Shown here one piece after another: positions 17,904 through 25,789 of a stretch of DNA of 64,000 nt. The stretch is from a virus (Duplodnaviria; Heunggongvirae; Uroviricota; Caudoviricetes), in the IMG/VR virus record IMGVR_UViG_3300005918_000016. One strand, given 5' to 3'. A model generated the notes under the pieces. That model worked only from the letters and a program-made list of their open reading frames with translations. It had not been told where the DNA came from and searched no databases. How positions within the stretch are numbered: position 1 is the stretch's first letter; each line of letters opens with the position of its first letter. Both the position numbers and the translations under genes were made by a program.

Positions 17904-18394
17904 GCCAGGAAAAGTGGACGCCGGAAACAGTCAAAACCTTCCGAGAGAAACGTGGCCTCAATCAACATGCCCTCGGTGTCCTCATGGGGTACGTGGGTCA
18001 GCGTTCTACCACGATGGCACACAGTGAGCAGAGGCTCCCGGACGGGACACCCCGCCGCTCCCTGACGATTGCGGACAGGGTTCGCCTGGACTACCTCCAG
18101 CAGTTGCCCCTCCCTGAGTTGTATGCACTACTGAGGGACAACGATGCTGATCCCAAGGACAATGCCAAGTGGGTCCAGATCAGCATCTGGGAGTATGAGT
18201 TCCGTGAGCGGGGCGAAGTCAAAGCGGAGTGTTGCCCCATTATGCAGGACGACGGGTCGCTGATGTGGGGTGTGCGGGTACTGCCCATGACATTCCCCTT
18301 CGAGGAAATACGCCTGTATCGCATACTACGGAGCGCCAAGTGCTCCGTTCAGGGGACGGCAGAGGAAACCTCGGATCATCCTGTGTGCCTGTAG
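17900..18394 (+). CDS. HTH (XRE-like) domain protein
   Basis: TVKTFREKRGLNQHALGVLMG helix-turn-helix; ATGA overlap. Confidence 0.45.
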   Translation: MSQEKWTPETVKTFREKRGLNQHALGVLMGYVGQRSTTMAHSEQRLPDGTPRRSLTIADRVRLDYLQQLPLPELYALLRDNDADPKDNAKWVQISIWEYEFRERGEVKAECCPIMQDDGSLMWGVRVLPMTFPFEEIRLYRILRSAKCSVQGTAEETSDHPVCL

Positions 18395-18400
18395 GAGTAG
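18372..18400 (+). promoter_or_regulatory. CGGATCATC-N14-GAGTAG motif variant
   Basis: 14-nt spacer; AAGGAGAC; ATG at 18449. Confidence 0.4.
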
Positions 18401-18448
18401 ATCAAGTAACTGGGGGATGTGAGGCCCCGCTGAAACAAGGAGACGACC

Positions 18449-18715
18449 ATGTGGATGGAACTGGCAATAGCGGGAGTGTGGGTGCTTTTTGGTTTCATCG
18501 TTTTCGCTTTCAACAGGATGATCCTGCCCCCTGTGACACAGTTTCTCGACAGTCTGTGTCGCAACCCGGTTTATCACAAGTATTCCGTTGAACGAATCCT
18601 CCTGGTATGGCCAATGTACATAATCAACATGTGCCTGACCTTCCTGATGCTGGTGACACCGCTCTACGGCTTTTGGTTGACAACCCAAACACTATGGCCC
18701 CTGCTAGGGACCTGA
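18449..18715 (+). CDS. small membrane protein
   Basis: Hydrophobic helices. Confidence 0.4.
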   Translation: MWMELAIAGVWVLFGFIVFAFNRMILPPVTQFLDSLCRNPVYHKYSVERILLVWPMYIINMCLTFLMLVTPLYGFWLTTQTLWPLLGT

Positions 18716-18727
18716 GGAGAATAAAGG

Positions 18728-19195
18728 ATGACGGACCAGACCGAAAGGGACCAGGTTTTCTACGCTAAACTACAACGGAACCGGCGGGAACGGCTCGACC
18801 TCTACAAGAAGGGTGAGTACCTAAAAGGGCTGGCCTTTTGGCTGAGCCTCAGCGCATCCGCTCTGCTAATCATCACTGCCTTCGTAGTGGTGTGGGGCCT
18901 CGGCAAGGCAGTGGACACCCTCGAAGCGATGGACCCCCTGGTCGTCACCAAGGTCGAGACCGTGGTGGAGGAGAAGGTGATCAAGGTGCCCTGCCCGCCG
19001 CCCCCCGTAAGCAACACCGGAGGCGCTGTGGACGGGAAACTCCAGGTCGTTGGGGTTGGGAGCGCCACCCGGTGTGAGATGCACACGGACACGGGGTGGG
19101 TCGTGGTTCCAGCCTCAGCCTGTCCGGCACTCCTCCAGGGAATGCTACCCCCACAGCCGTCCACTCAGGGTGGTGGCACCGCAGCGGGGGGTTAG
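18728..19195 (+). CDS. membrane-anchored hypothetical protein
   Basis: GAGGAG RBS; one TM helix. Confidence 0.4.
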   Translation: MTDQTERDQVFYAKLQRNRRERLDLYKKGEYLKGLAFWLSLSASALLIITAFVVVWGLGKAVDTLEAMDPLVVTKVETVVEEKVIKVPCPPPPVSNTGGAVDGKLQVVGVGSATRCEMHTDTGWVVVPASACPALLQGMLPPQPSTQGGGTAAGG

Positions 19196-19199
19196 TCCG

Positions 19200-19463
19200 A
19201 TGGCTTCAAAGCGAGATCCCCTCTGGTACGAGTTCATTGTACGGACACTCCCAAAATGGTTCGACCCGAAGGTCCACAGTGCCAACATGACGGTCCCCAT
19301 CTGTGGCCTCTGTGGGTGCAGCGGACGCCTTGATCAGCCGGTACCGGGGTGGGATGCCCGTCTCAAGGGCTTCTGCATCTGTCCCAACGGACGAGCGTTG
19401 AAGCGTCAGGTTCGGAAGGCGGAACTGAAACGCCTGAAAGCGGAAGAGGAAGCAGATGACTGA
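19200..19463 (+). CDS. Cys-rich small protein
   Basis: CGLCGCSG...CICPNG. Confidence 0.35.
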   Translation: MASKRDPLWYEFIVRTLPKWFDPKVHSANMTVPICGLCGCSGRLDQPVPGWDARLKGFCICPNGRALKRQVRKAELKRLKAEEEADD

Positions 19464-19519
19464 ATCAATGACACGAACCGATGCTGCTGCTATCCTTGAC
19501 TGCCCCGAGGAGGTACTCA

Positions 19520-19800
19520 ACCGTTCCTTAAAACCTGCTAAAATGTAACAGGCATCAAGTTTGAAGCTGTGCCGAATCTTGGTGACCCAAGTACCTCGGT
19601 AGTAAACCTCCGGCCCAACGGTAAGGGCTCGATTGACGACCGCTCTAATCGCCCGAATCCTAAGGAACTGGTCCGTCGAAGACGGAATCGCTCTCTCAGC
19701 ACTCGTTTTACGCCTCGTGGATGATCGCCAGCTTTGGTGTGTTCATTCCCAGAACATCTGGGCACACCAGAACCTCCTACCCAATCAGCATAAGCCTTCC
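19520..19800 (-). ncRNA. omegaRNA-like scaffold, orphan copy
   Basis: Conserved ~280-nt block. Confidence 0.55.
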
Positions 19801-19873
19801 TGCCACAACAGCTCCCTGTTTCAAGCAGGAATAGTTAGACTTTAGTAAGTTTGAGGGGTACTGTCAAGTACCC
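19520..19873 (-). mobile_element. second MITE-like TnpB-element derivative (left end plus omegaRNA/right end, no tnpB)
   Basis: Same left-end/internal-deletion junction as the 2143-2496 copy. Right end ...GGAACGGT at 19520 (minus). Confidence 0.7.
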
Positions 19874-19890
19874 TCCACCATGGGGATTGT

Positions 19891-20217
19891 GTGGGGGCAG
19901 ATTCTGAGGCTGACTCTGTTGCTGAGGAGCTTGGTTTGTACCGTGTCACACACCCGCCTGAAAACCCGAAAAACCGAGCCTACTGTGTAGCTGATGAAAC
20001 CCATCCCCTCAAACCCTATACCGTCCGTGACCATGACATTGTAGACGCCTCTCAAATTCTAGTGGCGTGCTCGAAAGCAATGCATGAGATACAGCGCTCA
20101 GGTACATGGGCAACCGTCAGGTATGCTCAAAAACGGAAACGCCCCGTCCTGGTCGTTTGGCCGGATGGCACTGTCGGCACCTTGTGGTATGGTGCTGTTG
20201 GGACTAAGCTACATTAG
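19891..20217 (+). CDS. hypothetical protein (start uncertain; 5' end abuts the mini-IS left end)
   Basis: ORF begins at a GTG 18 nt from the element end. Confidence 0.3.
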   Translation: MGADSEADSVAEELGLYRVTHPPENPKNRAYCVADETHPLKPYTVRDHDIVDASQILVACSKAMHEIQRSGTWATVRYAQKRKRPVLVVWPDGTVGTLWYGAVGTKLH

Positions 20218-20237
20218 GGAAATCCGAGGAGCGCAAC

Positions 20238-20591
20238 ATGTCCGTTTACATATACCAACCTGATGCCTTTGAAAAACTCATTGAGGTAGAAGGCGAGGAT
20301 TACCGACGTCTTGGCACCCAGGAGCGGATGGGGCACTGTTCCTTTGACGCCTTCAAGGACGTTTGGGAGGCCGGATACACCTCTTTGAAGGGTACTGACA
20401 AGCTCAGACCTTGCCTCCATGTAAAGGGTGGCAGTGCCATCTACGGCTGGTGGGGATGGAACCGTTATGCAGTGGCTGCAAAGGGTGAAATAATTTTTCT
20501 GACGGGCCTGGCTCGTACAGGCGAGGACATTACGAAGGCTACCGCCGTTGGATTCAGACTGGACAAGGAAGCCTTCAAAAACCAAACGTAG
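20238..20591 (+). CDS. hypothetical protein
   Basis: GAGGAG RBS. Confidence 0.4.
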   Translation: MSVYIYQPDAFEKLIEVEGEDYRRLGTQERMGHCSFDAFKDVWEAGYTSLKGTDKLRPCLHVKGGSAIYGWWGWNRYAVAAKGEIIFLTGLARTGEDITKATAVGFRLDKEAFKNQT

Positions 20592-20793
20592 TCCTGAAGC
20601 GTAAATCCAGGGGCACCTCCCATCTGGAAAAGTTCGAAGCCTAGACAACCCCACCATCGCCGGTATCATACGAATAACAGAGGAGGCATTGACATGCCCC
20701 TGTTCCTTTATTTCGCTGGTTCCTTCCTTGTGGCCTTCGGGGCCGAAATGATCCACACGGCCCAGACCATTATTGACGAGGAGTAGGCCCTAA

Positions 20794-20991
20794 ATGCTAG
20801 AGAAGACGGGCTTCTGCACATGCTGCGGGGCCACTCAAAAAATGAGCGCTCTCCGGCAAACCCGTGTCCGGGGCGTCCCGGTGATAGAGTGCCTAGATCG
20901 AGATGCCTGTGAACGACGCTGCAAGGACGGGCGGTTAAAACGTCTCATCGGGTTGTCCGTAAGGTCTCACACGGGGTCGCTTTTCGGCTGA
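20794..20991 (+). CDS. Cys-rich small protein
   Basis: GAGTAG at 20781 plus RBS. Confidence 0.35.
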   Translation: MLEKTGFCTCCGATQKMSALRQTRVRGVPVIECLDRDACERRCKDGRLKRLIGLSVRSHTGSLFG

Positions 20992-21000
20992 ATGGAGTAG
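20973..21000 (+). promoter_or_regulatory. degenerate motif GGGGTCGCT-N13-GAGTAG
   Basis: Correct spacing, 6/9 match in the upstream box; AGGAGG; ATG at 21021. Confidence 0.3.
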
Positions 21001-21020
21001 ACCAAGTCAGGAGGTGTTCC

Positions 21021-21626
21021 ATGTCCGTCAAATTCACCAAGAAAGGCATTGCCATCGAAAAGGGTACCACTCCCCCCTCGTGGGAGGACACCGACCAGCA
21101 GTATCAGGAGTACGTGGGCCACCAGCTTCTCAAAGCTCGACTGGAGCACCTGAAAATCTTGGAGGAAATCGCAGGGGTGCTGCCCGTGTTCGAGGAACGG
21201 CACCTCCTCAATATGGAGGCGCATCAGGCAGCGATGATTTACCTGAACCTCCCGGATCCAGGCCCCCTTTTCCCGAGCTACCAACGAAACTTTATCACCA
21301 TGAACACCACGGTAATGGACCCTGCAATTTCCTGTGCCGGGGTGATGCCCCATGTCAGGGTACTTCTTGGGTGGCTCGCTTTTCCTGAGACAATCCGAGA
21401 AGGCGTCTGCTACCACCTCTTGACGGCGGGACGTGCTCTTTACCCTTTTGGATACGACTCAGGCCGTTCGGGTTTCACCCTCCTCCAGGAGCGTGTGGGA
21501 CACTGCGTCGCTGCCGGTCTCGCTGCCTGTGAAAAACTCGGTTTTGATGGTACAAGGACGCCCCGGAAATCGGTGGTTGAACAACTCGTCCAGACTGCGG
21601 CCCTTCTCACGGAGGACACCGAATGA
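21021..21626 (+). CDS. hypothetical protein
   Basis: RBS AGGAGG. Confidence 0.45.
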   Translation: MSVKFTKKGIAIEKGTTPPSWEDTDQQYQEYVGHQLLKARLEHLKILEEIAGVLPVFEERHLLNMEAHQAAMIYLNLPDPGPLFPSYQRNFITMNTTVMDPAISCAGVMPHVRVLLGWLAFPETIREGVCYHLLTAGRALYPFGYDSGRSGFTLLQERVGHCVAAGLAACEKLGFDGTRTPRKSVVEQLVQTAALLTEDTE

Positions 21627-22390
21627 GCACCGCAATCATCGTACTCGGTCATGGTGGTGGGATCCCCGTCCCTGGGATGGGCAACACGAACTTCGCCATC
21701 GTCCCGAATGCCCCCAGAGGGATCCCCGGACCAGAGTTGCTCCAAAGCCATCCCTTCTGGTTGGTCGACTGCGGACCAGAGACCCTCGCCACCCTGGTCG
21801 GGTTGCGTGCCCTGAAGAACCTGAAGGGGATCTTCATCACGCACGTACACTACGATCACACTGGGGGCCTACTCGGGCTGGCCTACACCTTCAAATACAT
21901 GTTGAAGCGCAAGATCCCTCTCGTGATCCCCAGCAAGCTCCAAGTGCTGCTGGAACAAACGATGGTGGAGTTGACACGGACATCAGGTGGCCCAGCTAAC
22001 GTGTGGTTGGACTACTGGCAGGGCTGCTTCCTGGGGAATGGTGCTGACCTGGAGGTGGAGGGTTTCACGGCGGAGTTCTTCCCCGAGGATCACAACATCG
22101 AAGATTTCCCTGTCTATGGGGTCAAGATCCGGGTGCCCTCCTTGCGTAAGGTTTACTTCACAGGCGACACCGTTAACCCCTCGGACAAGGACGCAGACAT
22201 CATCTTCCAGGACTGTCAGGTCTACGGGGACGATTCCAAGTACGACGTCCACTGTTCCTACCAAAAAATCCTCCAGGCGTTCCCCGAAGGATGCCGGGAA
22301 CACGTCATCCTCTGTCACTGCCCCCCGCAACCGCAGTTCGAGGAGGACGGTTTCAAGCACGCCACGCAGTGGAGAGTGTTTTACGTCTGA
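21623..22390 (+). CDS. MBL-fold metallo-hydrolase (HxHxDH: THVHYDHTGG)
   Basis: Canonical metallo-beta-lactamase motif II. Immediately followed by a solitary CRISPR-like repeat. Confidence 0.6.
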   Translation: MSTAIIVLGHGGGIPVPGMGNTNFAIVPNAPRGIPGPELLQSHPFWLVDCGPETLATLVGLRALKNLKGIFITHVHYDHTGGLLGLAYTFKYMLKRKIPLVIPSKLQVLLEQTMVELTRTSGGPANVWLDYWQGCFLGNGADLEVEGFTAEFFPEDHNIEDFPVYGVKIRVPSLRKVYFTGDTVNPSDKDADIIFQDCQVYGDDSKYDVHCSYQKILQAFPEGCREHVILCHCPPQPQFEEDGFKHATQWRVFYV

Positions 22391-22394
22391 GTGC

Positions 22395-23030
22395 CTAAGT
22401 CGCATCTTTTGGCAAAAGGTGCGTGGATTGAAACGGCGTGACCCCTGACAGATAGATGATCGCCTGACCGCTCACGGGGTCATAGGAACCCTTAACGGTC
22501 AGGGACGCCTCCGCCGGGCGGGACACCACGGGGATCTTGGGCCAGTCCCGGATGAGGATCCCAACCAGCCGCTCGGACTCCTGGACGATTCTGTGGGGCG
22601 GGATGAGCAGCGTGAGGGTGTCCCCATCGAAAGCAACGGGATGGAACCCCCGCTTCCACAACCACTCTAACAGGACGATCAACTCGGGGTGCTCCTCGGC
22701 CAGGATCTGGATGCCCTTCACCAAGGGGCGGAAGGCGTTGTCCGGTAAACCGAACGCCGAGTCAGGGATCGAGACCTCGGTGAGGCCCTCTGTCCAAGCA
22801 CCCCACTGGGGATTCACGGGAACGGTACGGGGAGCGCCACGCTTGCCCCACAGCGCCCCCAGAGCCTCCTGTTCCTGTGCCTGCTCCTCTTCGGTCAACT
22901 GGACCCACAGGAGGCGCTCACGGGACACGAAGCCCTGGTCCTCATCCGGGGTCCAGGGCAGTCCTTCGGGAAGTGCCCTGCCTACGAGGATCATGAGGGC
23001 CAGGTCACGGTGCTGTTCTAAAAGTGTCAT
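22395..23030 (-). CDS. hypothetical protein (C-terminal codons run through the solitary repeat, so the true end is uncertain)
   Basis: ORF only. Confidence 0.3.
   Translation of the reverse strand: MTLLEQHRDLALMILVGRALPEGLPWTPDEDQGFVSRERLLWVQLTEEEQAQEQEALGALWGKRGAPRTVPVNPQWGAWTEGLTEVSIPDSAFGLPDNAFRPLVKGIQILAEEHPELIVLLEWLWKRGFHPVAFDGDTLTLLIPPHRIVQESERLVGILIRDWPKIPVVSRPAEASLTVKGSYDPVSGQAIIYLSGVTPFQSTHLLPKDAT
22399..22434 (+). CRISPR. solitary CRISPR-like repeat unit GTCGCATCTTTTGGCAAAAGGTGCGTGGATTGAAAC
   Basis: Same length and orientation as the array repeat. 3' handle GTGGATTGAAAC is identical; stem changed by paired substitutions (GCATCTTTT/AAAAGGTGC). Confidence 0.75.
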
Positions 23031-23129
23031 GCAGCTACTTTACCCGGATCATGTTGCTCGGAGGTAGAAGTTTGAACTGTTCCCGAAAAGCTAGGCAAAC
23101 GTGCTCCATAAGCCGCCACTGAAAACCGC

Positions 23130-23158
23130 TTGACACACCATGGGTGTCTATGTACCAT
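23130..23158 (+). promoter_or_regulatory. sigma70-like promoter TTGACA-N17-TACCAT
   Basis: Good -35, 17-nt spacer, -10-like hexamer 22 nt upstream of the HTH gene. Confidence 0.4.
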
Positions 23159-23179
23159 TAGGGAGAGCAAGGGAGAACT

Positions 23180-23365
23180 ATGGAGCCCATCCTTCTGACT
23201 ATCAACGAGGTTGCCCGTTTGTTCGGGATGCACCCAAATTCGATCCGTAAACTCATGGGCGATGGCAGACTACCCTTTCTTAAGATCGATAAGTCGCTGC
23301 GGTTCGAAACTGATGCCGTGATGCTATTTATTGAGAAACTCAGGAAACAGAGAGCGAAGGATTGA
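23180..23365 (+). CDS. small HTH DNA-binding protein (excisionase/MerR-like)
   Basis: LTINEVARLFGMHPNSIRKLMGDG helix-turn-helix. Confidence 0.5.
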   Translation: MEPILLTINEVARLFGMHPNSIRKLMGDGRLPFLKIDKSLRFETDAVMLFIEKLRKQRAKD

Positions 23366-24761
23366 CGTCTTGAAAGTCACTCGCATTCTTCAGGCAGATG
23401 TTCCGCCTGCTTTGTTGCAGGTGTGTCGAGCTACCAGATTTCTTCGTGCAGATGTCTGGCGTCGGTACGGTGCCCTGAAGAACGTGGGTAAAAGTGCCTT
23501 GGCTATCCGTAAAGAAATTGTAGCAGGTGGCATCTACGTCACTCTCGCCATAGACGGGACCATACGTAACGAAACAACCAAAGATGTCGTGAACGACATC
23601 CTGTTCTACAAAGCAGCAGCGAAAGGAAAGGTTCGCAAAGCCATTTGGCAGCGCACCGACAATGAAATGGAACGCAAACGACTCTACACGCTTCTGCGAT
23701 CAGACGCATGGATGGAGGATCCCTTCCTTCACCGCCAAATGCGTAAACACTTCAAGCACGGCGTCTCACACACGAAAAATCAGTTTATCGTGAGGTCCGA
23801 CAAATTCAAAATAGAGCACGTTAATGGGTATCTGACGATCGTCATCCAAATTGCCCGTAAATACGGTGACGACATAGTTCTAACGACAACGTCAAACGGC
23901 ACGAGTGTGGATCTGAGTAGCTGTAACCTACGCATCATTGTGAAGGGTGGTACAACTGAGATCCACTACAGCGTGGATAAAAGCAGTGGGCGTCCGCATG
24001 GTAGCCGGACGCTGGGCGTTGATAAAGGCTACACCGAAGCATTTGTTGATTCGGATGGTGAGCATCAGGGTGAGCAGTTCGGTGCTGTGATGACTGAGTA
24101 CAGCGACAAGGTCAGCAAGACGGGTTCCGCTAGAAACAAGTTGTACGCCCTAGAAAAAAAGCATCGTCAAAGCGGAAACTCCAGAAAAGCTGACAACATC
24201 AGGGCACACAACCTTGGGTGTAAAAAGATTGATGCTCGTAAACGATTGGCTCAAACACGACTACGGGGTGTAGCCTTTAAGGCTGCTCATGCCATCGTGG
24301 ATAAGGCAGCGGTGGTCGTGTCAGAAGACTTAACCTCTCCGATCGCAAAAAAGCGACCTTGGAAAAGGTTTAATAGAAGAATGAGTGGCTGGGCAAAGGG
24401 AGCACTTGCTGAGGCCCTCGATTCAGTTTGTACGCAGCGTGAAGCCAGCCATGAGTTGGTAAACTGTGCTTACACATCGCAAATGGACTCTGTAACGGGT
24501 TTGCTGCAAGGCAAGCGTGTTGGAGACAAATTTTACCGTATTAACGGGGATGTTATTCAGGCCGATCACAATGCTGCGCTGAACGTGTTAGCCCGGTTGT
24601 CTGACAAGGACATCGGGTGTTTCACCCCTTATCAAGAGGTAAAACGCATCTTGTTGGCACGTTCTCCGGCGGAACTGACCGTCAAAAGGCACGAGTTGCA
24701 GTCGAGAGGCTCTCAACCGTGTGCGGATAAACCCTCACGATCAGGAGTGATCAATGCTTGA
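23331..24761 (+). CDS. divergent TnpB/RuvC-like nuclease lacking zinc-finger cysteines
   Basis: GVDKGYTEAF (RuvC-I-like), VVVSEDL (RuvC-II E), ADHNAALNV (RuvC-III). The usual CxxC...CxxC ZnF between RuvC-II and III is absent. Confidence 0.5.
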   Translation: MRNSGNRERRIDVLKVTRILQADVPPALLQVCRATRFLRADVWRRYGALKNVGKSALAIRKEIVAGGIYVTLAIDGTIRNETTKDVVNDILFYKAAAKGKVRKAIWQRTDNEMERKRLYTLLRSDAWMEDPFLHRQMRKHFKHGVSHTKNQFIVRSDKFKIEHVNGYLTIVIQIARKYGDDIVLTTTSNGTSVDLSSCNLRIIVKGGTTEIHYSVDKSSGRPHGSRTLGVDKGYTEAFVDSDGEHQGEQFGAVMTEYSDKVSKTGSARNKLYALEKKHRQSGNSRKADNIRAHNLGCKKIDARKRLAQTRLRGVAFKAAHAIVDKAAVVVSEDLTSPIAKKRPWKRFNRRMSGWAKGALAEALDSVCTQREASHELVNCAYTSQMDSVTGLLQGKRVGDKFYRINGDVIQADHNAALNVLARLSDKDIGCFTPYQEVKRILLARSPAELTVKRHELQSRGSQPCADKPSRSGVINA

Positions 24762-25065
24762 GGAACAGCAGATGGTTGCCGTTCTCGTCGCTGCTGGTAC
24801 GTCCGCCTACGGGGACGACAGCAAACTGACTGATACCGCTCGTGACTGGCTCTCCGCAAGGTTTTCCCCCGAGGACACACAGTTCTGGTTGGAAGCTGGC
24901 TGCTGGGATGTCAAGGTCGCCAGGGCCTTCAAGGACGCTGACCTGGACTCCGAGGACGTAGAGTTCGAAACTGCCAAGCCCACCAAGAGCACGATTGCCC
25001 ATAAGGTCTGCGCCGGGGAGATATCCCTGAACGCCGCCATCCGCATCGCCAAGAGCCGCCAGTAG
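24754..25065 (+). CDS. hypothetical protein
   Basis: RBS AGGAG. Confidence 0.4.
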   Translation: MLEEQQMVAVLVAAGTSAYGDDSKLTDTARDWLSARFSPEDTQFWLEAGCWDVKVARAFKDADLDSEDVEFETAKPTKSTIAHKVCAGEISLNAAIRIAKSRQ

Positions 25066-25090
25066 ATCATCGACCTAGCTGTGCGAGTAG
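25063..25090 (+). promoter_or_regulatory. TAGATCATC-N13-GAGTAG motif
   Basis: Exact spacing; AGGAGG; ATG at 25112. Confidence 0.5.
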
Positions 25091-25111
25091 ATCCCTGTAG
25101 GAGGTTCCGCT

Positions 25112-25720
25112 TTGTCTGTTATGCCCGCCACCATCGGGAAAGCCGTCCCTATTGGAGCGCATCCCTATGCAACTGTCGTAGCGGAATACATCCTCCAGGT
25201 GTTTCCTGTGGCCCTCCAAAACCATTGCTGGTGGTGGGGCCAGTCGGAGGGAAAGGAAACGATTCTTATTGTGACCCTGTGTCAAACACCACATATCAGC
25301 CTTGGGTTCCAGTTTCGCAAAGACAGTTTGCGTGTTCGATTGGTCCTACAACAAAAGCCCCTTCACACCTTTGAACTGCAGCACTATCTGGATGAGTCCC
25401 TCATTGGTTGGTTGTCCTTAGCGGCGGACACCCTGGACGAGCACCTCATGTTGATGCAGACCAAAAAAACGGCTCATCCTGTTTTTCAAAACATGTCAAG
25501 AATTTCTTTGTGGTGTGTGGACCTAATGGAGACCGTGCGAGTCAATCCCGGTACCTACTTCACCTGGAACTCAGATTATCGGATCATTAATCCGATCCTG
25601 GCGGAGGACCCAACGGCTCGCCTTGATGACATCGATGAGCAGTGTCTTAGCCTAACCACGTCTGAGGAGTTTTACGCACTGGTTCGCAAAGGGCAGTTCC
25701 GAGGACCTATGCTTTATTAA
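25112..25720 (+). CDS. hypothetical protein
   Basis: Motif plus RBS. Confidence 0.45.
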   Translation: MSVMPATIGKAVPIGAHPYATVVAEYILQVFPVALQNHCWWWGQSEGKETILIVTLCQTPHISLGFQFRKDSLRVRLVLQQKPLHTFELQHYLDESLIGWLSLAADTLDEHLMLMQTKKTAHPVFQNMSRISLWCVDLMETVRVNPGTYFTWNSDYRIINPILAEDPTARLDDIDEQCLSLTTSEEFYALVRKGQFRGPMLY

Positions 25721-25789
25721 TTCCTGGGCTGTTCCTTTCAGGAGCCCGTTGAGTAGAGCAGTTGTGGCCTTTTAGCAGGAGAAAAAGAG

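Noticed and set aside
23331-24761. Calling the zinc-finger-less RuvC protein a Cas12-type CRISPR effector because a solitary repeat lies ~900 bp upstream
   Set aside because: The nearby repeat is of the GATTGAAAC (type I/III-like) family, is solitary, and is separated by a divergently oriented gene. There is no adjacent array or tracr-like arrangement.
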